The notes beneath the pieces are model-generated. The model was not told where the DNA came from and made no database searches. It saw only the letters and a list, made by a program, of their open reading frames with translations. Shown here piece after piece: positions 57,634 through 64,000 of a stretch of 64,000 bases of DNA; position 1 is the first letter of the stretch; each line of letters opens with the position of its first letter. The DNA lies in NCBI GenBank assembly GCA_040755855.1, contig JBFMAD010000004.1:64001-128000 (forward strand). The letters are read 5' to 3'. Both the position numbers and the translations under genes were made by a program. Origin of the DNA: Planctomycetota bacterium. Lineage in GTDB: Bacteria; Planctomycetota; Brocadiia; JAADGH01.

Positions 57634-60600
57634 ATGACATCCCCGAAACTTATGGACAATCCGAATCAACTCCCAGGGGACCGGCTTCTAAAACCGCTAC
57701 AGGACTTCGCCCAGCAAGTCACAGCGAAATTCTCCGTGACTACCGACGGGGAGCCGGAGGACCAACTCCGTGCGCCCGTGGAAACGCTCCTGCGCACATT
57801 CGGTCAGATCATCTCGAAAGACATCGTCCTCGAGGGTGAAGCGCGTCTCCGCGACCGTCTTGGCAAGCCCGACTTCGCCGCTCACGACGGAAGGCTCCTC
57901 ACCGGTTACGTCGAACTCAAGGCCCCCGGCAAGGGCGCAAACCCCGCCCACTTCAAAGACCACGACCGCGACCAGTGGAACCGCTTCAAGAACGTCCCGA
58001 ACATCCTCTACACCGACGGCAACGAGTGGGCCGTCTATCAGGACGGCGAACTCTTCGGGAAACGACTGCGCCTCACGGGCGACGTGTGCACGGCCGGCAA
58101 GTCGGCTGTCGCCCTCGCGGACGCCAGACGCCTTTTTGATATTCTTGCTGCGTTCACCTCCTGGTCGCCCATCGTCCCCAAGAAGGCCAAGGACATCGCC
58201 CAGTTCCTCGCGCCGTACTGCCGCCTCGTGCGGGAGGATGTGTTGGATGCGCTGTGGCACTATGACTCCCCCCTGCATGCGCTCAGAAAAGAGATCAAGC
58301 AACTTCTCTTCCCCGACGCCACCGACCGCCAGTTCGCCGACGCCTACGCGCAGACCGTCATCTTCGCCATGCTCCTGGCCCAGATGGAGGGCGCAGACGT
58401 CCTCAACCTGCGAAACGTCTATGAGACACTTGCCAGCCACCATCTACTCCTTTCCCGGTCCCTGGAATTCTTGACCGACCCCCAGGCGCTCAGGGAAATC
58501 TGGTCCTCCATATCCCTCGCCCAGCGCGTCATCCACGAAGTCCCGCCCGAATCCCTGAAGGCCGACGACCGCCTGATACCCGAAGCCACGGGAAAAGACC
58601 CCTGGCTCTTCTTCTATGAGCATTTTCTCGCCGCGTACGACCCCAGGCTCCGCAAGGAGTGGGGCGTCTATTACACGCCCGTCGAGGTCGTCCGATGCCA
58701 GGTCCGCCTGATTGACGAAATCCTGAACGACCACCTGGGCAAGCACATGGGCTTCGTGGAACCCGGCGTCATCACGCTCGACCCGGCGCTTGGAACCGGG
58801 ACCTATCTCATGGCGATCATTGACCACGCCCTCGACCGCGTGGAGAAGGAAGAAGGCCCCGGCGCGGTGAAAGGCGGGGCGCGGTCGCTGACGCACAACC
58901 TCCACGGCTTCGAGTGGATGGTGGGGCCGTACGCCGTGGCGCAGCTCCGCTTCACCCGCGCCCTCACGTCGCGCGGGGCCACGCTGCCCCCGGCGGGCCT
59001 GGGCATCTACCTGACCAACACGCTGGAGTCGCCCCATATCAAACCCCCCGCGCCGCCCCTCTTCCACCAGCCCATCGCCCGCGAGCATGAGCGGGCCTTG
59101 AAGGTGAAGGACCAGGAGCACGTCTTGGTCTGCCTCGGCAATCCCCCCTACGGACGGCACGCCTCGGCGTCGGAGTACAGCCGCGCCGTCACCGGCGGAT
59201 GGGTCCGCCACGGCGACCGCGCCCCGGACGTTCCGGCCCTCCCGATCCTGGAGGACTTCCTCGAACCGGCCCGGAAGGCCGGGCATGGGGTCCACCTGAA
59301 GAACCTCTACAACCTCTACGTCTATTTCATCCGATGGGCCTTGTGGAAGGTCTTTGAGCACAAGTCGGCGACGGGGCCGGGCATCGTCTCCTTCATCACC
59401 GCATCGAGCTACTTAGAGGGCGACGCCTTCGCGGGCGTCCGCGAGCACATGCGCCGCGTCTGCGACCATATTGACATCATTGACCTCGGGGGCGAGGGCC
59501 GCGGCACGCGCAAGACGGAGAACGTCTTCGCCATTCAAACCCCTGTCGCCATCTTCCTGGCCTGGCGAGAGGGGCGGCCCAATCGCAGCGAACCGGCCAC
59601 TGTCCGGTACACCCGCATCGGGGGCAAACGGGATAGCAAGCTCGAGGTCCTGAACAAAATAACATCACACAAAAAGCTGAATTGGCAAGACTGCCCCAAC
59701 GAATGGCAGGCGCCGTTTAAGCCGGAGACCACAGGACGATTTGCGGCATGGTCATCCATCACACACCTATTCCCGTGGCAGAACAACGGCGTAAAAGCGG
59801 GAAGAGTGTGGGTCATTGATCCGACAGAGGAGGGTATCCGAAGTAAACTGACCCGCTTGTTCGCGGCAAAGGGCATTGAGCAACGCAAGATGTTCAAGGA
59901 TTCGCCCACGGGTAGAAAACTTGGCGAGACCCCCACGCAGTTGCCGCCAAGCCAGACTCGGTTGCTTCCACTGGACGAAGAGAGCGACCCGGCCTCAATA
60001 CCTGTCGTGCGATACGCATATCGTTCGTTTGACCGGCAGTATGTGATAGCGGATGCGCGTTTTCTGGACCGACCCGGTCCTTCCGTCTGGCAAGCCCATG
60101 GCGAGAAGCAGGTGTATCTGACAAGTACGTTGTATACGCCCCTCGGAGGTGGCCCTGCACTCACCGCGGCCGCAGAGATACCAGACCTGCATCACTTTTG
60201 CAACCGTGGGGCAAAGGATGCAATCCCCCTCTACCGCGATGCGGCGGCGACGGAGGCGAATATCCTGCCGGGGCTTCTCGATCTGCTCGCAAGCGAGTAC
60301 GGTCGGTCCGTAAGTCCAGAGGACTTGGCGGGTTACGTCTATGCCGTCCTCGCGCAGCCGGAATACACGAGGCGCTTCGAACGCGAGCTGGGCGGGCGGC
60401 AGGTGCGCGTGCCCCTGACGAAGGACGCAAAGATCTTCTTCCGCGCCGCCGAGTTCGGCAAGGCCCTGATCTGGCTACACACCTACGGGGAACGGATGAC
60501 GGCTAAGGAGCGGCCGAAGGGGAAGGTCCCGCGCGGCAAGGCCAAGTGCGACAAGGCCGTGTCGGAACGTGAGGAGGACTACCCCAACAAGTTTGAATAC

Positions 60601-60987
60601 GCCGAGAAAACGAAGACGCTCTATGTGGGCGACGGCGCATTCCGGCCCGTTGATACCGAGGTTTTTGAGTTCGAGGTGTCGGGTCTCAAGGTCGTCAAGT
60701 CGTGGCTTGGGTATCGGATGCGCGAGCGGTCGGGCAAGAAATCCAGCCCTCTCGACGACATCCGCCCGAAGGTCTGGACGCATGACTTCACGAAAGAACT
60801 TCTGGAACTGCTGTGGGTGCTGGAAAAGACGATCGAGGGCTACCCGGAGCAGAAGAAGCTGTTGGAGGCCGTCCTGGCAAGCGACATCTTCAAGGAAGCC
60901 AAACTCCCGGCCGTTCCCGCCGCATCGCGCAAGCCGCCGGAGGTGAAGCGGCGGAAGAAGACGGGGCAGAGGGAAATCGAGATGTAA
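57634..60987 (+). CDS. Single-chain type IIG / type ISP-like restriction-modification enzyme without helicase
   Basis: GKPDF...GYVELKAPG nuclease, FYEHFL..YD..LRK..GVYYTP, DPALGTGTY, GNPPY, YRSFDRQY, G.KVV.SWL.YR. Confidence 0.88.
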   Translation: MTSPKLMDNPNQLPGDRLLKPLQDFAQQVTAKFSVTTDGEPEDQLRAPVETLLRTFGQIISKDIVLEGEARLRDRLGKPDFAAHDGRLLTGYVELKAPGKGANPAHFKDHDRDQWNRFKNVPNILYTDGNEWAVYQDGELFGKRLRLTGDVCTAGKSAVALADARRLFDILAAFTSWSPIVPKKAKDIAQFLAPYCRLVREDVLDALWHYDSPLHALRKEIKQLLFPDATDRQFADAYAQTVIFAMLLAQMEGADVLNLRNVYETLASHHLLLSRSLEFLTDPQALREIWSSISLAQRVIHEVPPESLKADDRLIPEATGKDPWLFFYEHFLAAYDPRLRKEWGVYYTPVEVVRCQVRLIDEILNDHLGKHMGFVEPGVITLDPALGTGTYLMAIIDHALDRVEKEEGPGAVKGGARSLTHNLHGFEWMVGPYAVAQLRFTRALTSRGATLPPAGLGIYLTNTLESPHIKPPAPPLFHQPIAREHERALKVKDQEHVLVCLGNPPYGRHASASEYSRAVTGGWVRHGDRAPDVPALPILEDFLEPARKAGHGVHLKNLYNLYVYFIRWALWKVFEHKSATGPGIVSFITASSYLEGDAFAGVREHMRRVCDHIDIIDLGGEGRGTRKTENVFAIQTPVAIFLAWREGRPNRSEPATVRYTRIGGKRDSKLEVLNKITSHKKLNWQDCPNEWQAPFKPETTGRFAAWSSITHLFPWQNNGVKAGRVWVIDPTEEGIRSKLTRLFAAKGIEQRKMFKDSPTGRKLGETPTQLPPSQTRLLPLDEESDPASIPVVRYAYRSFDRQYVIADARFLDRPGPSVWQAHGEKQVYLTSTLYTPLGGGPALTAAAEIPDLHHFCNRGAKDAIPLYRDAAATEANILPGLLDLLASEYGRSVSPEDLAGYVYAVLAQPEYTRRFERELGGRQVRVPLTKDAKIFFRAAEFGKALIWLHTYGERMTAKERPKGKVPRGKAKCDKAVSEREEDYPNKFEYAEKTKTLYVGDGAFRPVDTEVFEFEVSGLKVVKSWLGYRMRERSGKKSSPLDDIRPKVWTHDFTKELLELLWVLEKTIEGYPEQKKLLEAVLASDIFKEAKLPAVPAASRKPPEVKRRKKTGQREIEM

Positions 60988-61067
60988 GAGTGTAGGGCGC
61001 AATGAGGCGCTGGTCGGCGGTGGGGAAGAGATAGGGGAAATGAGACGAAGATGAGGATGCTCACGGC

Positions 61068-61844
61068 ATGAAGTACCGCATGTATGTTGACGAGGTGGGC
61101 AATCCCGACCTGGAAAGCTCTGATAACCCGAACCACCGTTTTCTGAGCCTGACAGGGGTCATTCTTGACTTGGAGTATGTGCGCGCCACGCTGCACCCGG
61201 AAATGGAGGCTCTCAAGGGCAGGCACTTCGAATCGCACCCCGACGATCCGGTGATCTTCCACCGCGCCGATATGGTGAACGCACGAGGCCCGTTTCATGT
61301 ATTGAAGGACGAGACAAAGCGGCTTCGGTTTGATGAGGAACTGATCGGCCTGATAGATTCTTGGACGTACACCGTTGTATCCGTCTGTCTGGACAAGAAG
61401 CGCCATAAGGAGATCTACCAAGTCTGGAGATACGATCCGTATCACTATGGACTGGCCATCCTCGTGGAGAGATTTATCTTCTTTCTGAACCAGCAAGGAG
61501 TGCGCGGCGATGTGATGGCGGAATCCAGGGGCGGAAAAGAAGACCGGCGGCTGAAAGATTCATTTCATCGGCTATGGGAGAACGGAACAGACTACGTGGG
61601 TTCAGAGCAGTTTCAGGCCGCCCTCACCAGTCGGGAATTGAAGGTCGCGCCAAAGCATCGCAACGTATCGGGGCTGCAACTGGCGGACCTGATCGCGCAC
61701 CCAAGCCGGAACGAAATCCTTCTGGATGAAGGTCTCCGCGATAGGCCCCTTGCCCCGTTTGCGGCAAAGGTGGTCGCCATACTCCAACGCAAGTACTACC
61801 AGAGACAGGGTAGGATCTACGGCAGAAAATTTGTCCCGAAATAA
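61068..61844 (+). CDS. DUF3800 domain protein (RNase H-like fold)
   Basis: MYVDEVG, AESRG..ED, GLQLADLIA. Confidence 0.85.
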   Translation: MKYRMYVDEVGNPDLESSDNPNHRFLSLTGVILDLEYVRATLHPEMEALKGRHFESHPDDPVIFHRADMVNARGPFHVLKDETKRLRFDEELIGLIDSWTYTVVSVCLDKKRHKEIYQVWRYDPYHYGLAILVERFIFFLNQQGVRGDVMAESRGGKEDRRLKDSFHRLWENGTDYVGSEQFQAALTSRELKVAPKHRNVSGLQLADLIAHPSRNEILLDEGLRDRPLAPFAAKVVAILQRKYYQRQGRIYGRKFVPK

Positions 61845-61899
61845 AAAGGGCCCTTTCGGGCCCGATGGCATTCGCCATCCACCTCCGGAAGACCGGATT
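61843..61899 (-). ncRNA. Candidate DUF3800-associated small structured RNA
   Basis: Three closely spaced perfect hairpins (61848-61863, 61864-61879, 61884-61897), minus-strand U-tract, upstream TTGACA-N16-TATCCT at 61933-61906. Confidence 0.6.
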
Positions 61900-62069
61900 G
61901 AATATAGGATAACCTACTGAGTCCCGTTGTCAAGAAAAAAATAATTTTTTCAAGCACATGAACATCCTTGGAATATAGCGAATATAGGGCCAGAGAATAT
62001 AAGGACAGACGGGGAAAAATGTACGCAGTACATTTTTCTCGTCGTCTCCGCACTTGTGCACACGCTCAG

Positions 62070-62179
62070 ACTGTCCACGCCGTGGACACCCCCAACTGTC
62101 CACGTCGTGGACACCTACGCCGACCGCCCGCCGGGATGCGACGACTGCGCCGATGGGCACTGTCAACTTCGTGGACACC
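62070..62179. repeat. Three copies of a 21-bp palindromic unit ACTGTCCACGNCGTGGACACC
   Basis: 62070-62090, 62095-62115 and 62159-62179 (third copy degenerate). Confidence 0.7.
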
Positions 62180-62832
62180 TGGGGCGTAAGTCCCGAACGG
62201 ACAATGGGATAAGGAGTCAGGCAGAGCCTCGGAACGAGAGAAAGACACCGAGGAAAAGACAAGACATAGACGCTGATTAACGCAGATGCACACTGCAAGA
62301 AATCCTATCTGTGAGAATCAGCGTGAATCTGCGTCTGCCTCTCTTCATCTTCCCACCTGCTGAAACTTCGCAAAAGTGAAAAACTGCGCCGCCGCATCTG
62401 AGTCTTCTGGCCGTTTCGTGGCCGTTAAAGCGATTTATCTCGTTAACTGCATGGCGAAATGCGGCCGGAGGGCGAATGGGGCGGGTTTACGAGTCGCCGT
62501 ACGGTTGGCTACTAAGTGAATTTGGGTCGAAAAGCCGTTTCTGGCCGAATTCGGGGCGGAAATGGCGGTTTCTCGATTGGTAACAAAGTGTAGGTCCATA
62601 CACTTTACGCACAATCGCAAAATCGCGGCGGAGAGAAGTCCGATCTCCCTGCCCTGCCGGATATTACGCCCATTACCCTGACCGACATCGCGCCGTGCGC
62701 ACATGTGCAAGCGTATGGGGAAAGGGTCATTTTGCGGAACGAAATACACTTGGCTAACAAGAAATCGAAGGGGTGAAGAGTGGAAGAATGGAAGAGTGAA
62801 AGATTGCAAGAGTGCGGGAGTTTCGGATCGGG

Positions 62833-63933
62833 TCAGGTCCGCATGGAATCGAAGAAGTAGAAGCCGAGGGCGCCGAACATGATGAGGGGGGTCCAGGCGG
62901 CGATGCCGGCGATGGGGATATAGCCGTGCTTGCCCAAGTGGCCGCAGATGAAGTCTACGAGGTAGAAGCCCACGCCGACGGCCAGGCTGATGCCGATGCC
63001 GAGGACGCGGTTTCGGGAGAAGCGCTCGGAGCCGATGACGGGGGGGAGGCCGATGAGGAGGAGGATGATGGCGCTGAGGGGATGGGTGAAGCGGCCGTGA
63101 AAGGCCAGTTTCAGGTCAACCCGTTCGGGTTCCTTCTTGATGCGGTGGCGGAGGTCGCCGATGCTACGGAAGCCGGGGGTGAAGTCCTCCTGGAGGAGGT
63201 CGTCGGGTGTGAGGTCCGTCGTCAGGGTATATTCGTCCAGATAATCTTTTTCCTGTTGATCATTTTCGAGGGTGCGGGTTCTGTGGACGCCGCGACAGAG
63301 CCATTTGTATCCCCCTATCCACTGACCTTCCATGGCTTTGATGTGCTCGATGCGTTTCGTGCCGGATTCGTTGAAGCGCTCGAATTCGCCGTGTTGGAAA
63401 GTCGTCTTGTCCACGTAGAATTCATAGACGAGGTATTTCATCCGTCCGCCGTCGGAGCGTCCGAATTTGTTGTAGAGCTTGTCTCGCGTCAGTTTGTTCT
63501 CGCGTTCGAAGTTTTCGAGTCGCGGACCGACAACGGGGAGGAACCATTCCTGATCGGCGGCGCCGATGATGGCAATGAGGGTTGTGGCGCCGAAGACCGG
63601 CACGGCGATTCGATAGATGCTGACGCCGGAGGCCTTGAGGGCGACCATTTCGTTGCCTTTGGCCATCTCGACCAGGCAGTAGGAGGCGCCGACGAGCGTC
63701 ATGACAGGAAAGATGTTGGCCAGGATGATGGGGGTGTGATAGAGGCAATAGCGGCCGAGGAGCCAGAGCATCTTTGGGAAGCCGTGGTCAATGAACTTGT
63801 GGAGCATTTGAAAGGTCTCGACCAGCAGGAGAAGGCCGATGAGGGCAAGGGCGCAGACGAGGAAGTACGACAGGAAGTTGATCGCGATATAGCGATCCAG
63901 AACGGAGATAATAATGCGGCCTCTGAATTTCAT
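62833..63933 (-). CDS. LptF/LptG-family permease (start uncertain)
   Basis: ILDRYI-like start, GNEMVALKASGVSIYRI..P, R...PL, AAWTP..F. Confidence 0.88.
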   Translation of the reverse strand: MKFRGRIIISVLDRYIAINFLSYFLVCALALIGLLLLVETFQMLHKFIDHGFPKMLWLLGRYCLYHTPIILANIFPVMTLVGASYCLVEMAKGNEMVALKASGVSIYRIAVPVFGATTLIAIIGAADQEWFLPVVGPRLENFERENKLTRDKLYNKFGRSDGGRMKYLVYEFYVDKTTFQHGEFERFNESGTKRIEHIKAMEGQWIGGYKWLCRGVHRTRTLENDQQEKDYLDEYTLTTDLTPDDLLQEDFTPGFRSIGDLRHRIKKEPERVDLKLAFHGRFTHPLSAIILLLIGLPPVIGSERFSRNRVLGIGISLAVGVGFYLVDFICGHLGKHGYIPIAGIAAWTPLIMFGALGFYFFDSMRT

Positions 63934-64000
63934 TTTCGAAACACGCTGATCAGTAGTCCCATGCCCAGGGCGGCGATAAGGATATTCGCGCTCCAAATGG

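Noticed and set aside
62070..62179. Mini CRISPR array
   Set aside because: Only three 21-bp units, gaps of 4 and 43 bp, and no cas genes
62435..62810. Possible ncRNA or ORF downstream of the LptF/G gene (recurring TTGGCTA/TTGGTAAC words, GAAGAGTG-like repeats)
   Set aside because: No consistent structure or coding signal that I can support by eye
1..64000. tRNA, rRNA, integrase, transposase or integron attC array
   Set aside because: None recognised; intergenic palindromes lack consistent attC RYYYAAC/GTTRRRY boxes

Overview
High-GC bacterial chromosomal segment, probably from a Planctomycetota member (three tandem secreted proteins carry the LEPR-x-LL-type N-terminal motif). It mixes housekeeping genes (purD, tldD/pmbA, LptF/G permease, LarA-family enzyme) with many secreted glycan- and sulfate-processing enzymes and ankyrin proteins. 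Defence content is heavy: a retron, a type II R-M pair, a type III R-M pair, a type IIG/ISP-like R-M fusion, a Schlafen/AlbA_2 protein, an orphan chimeric antitoxin and a DUF3800 gene. The strongest signals are: (1) a compact, apparently complete retron at 12927-14228 (minus strand), with promoter, a1/a2 inverted repeats, candidate branching G, msr/msd hairpins and RT, but no recognisable effector; (2) a DUF3800 gene facing a convergent ~55-nt three-hairpin RNA with its own promoter; (3) a two-copy ~200-bp element whose inverted-repeat-bounded core is flipped relative to its arm between the copies and carries a promoter-like sequence; (4) sigma54-type promoters in front of all three LEPR surface proteins; (5) apparent avoidance of RTCGAY visible in codon-pair choice. 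All protein calls come from motif recognition by eye; no database search was run.
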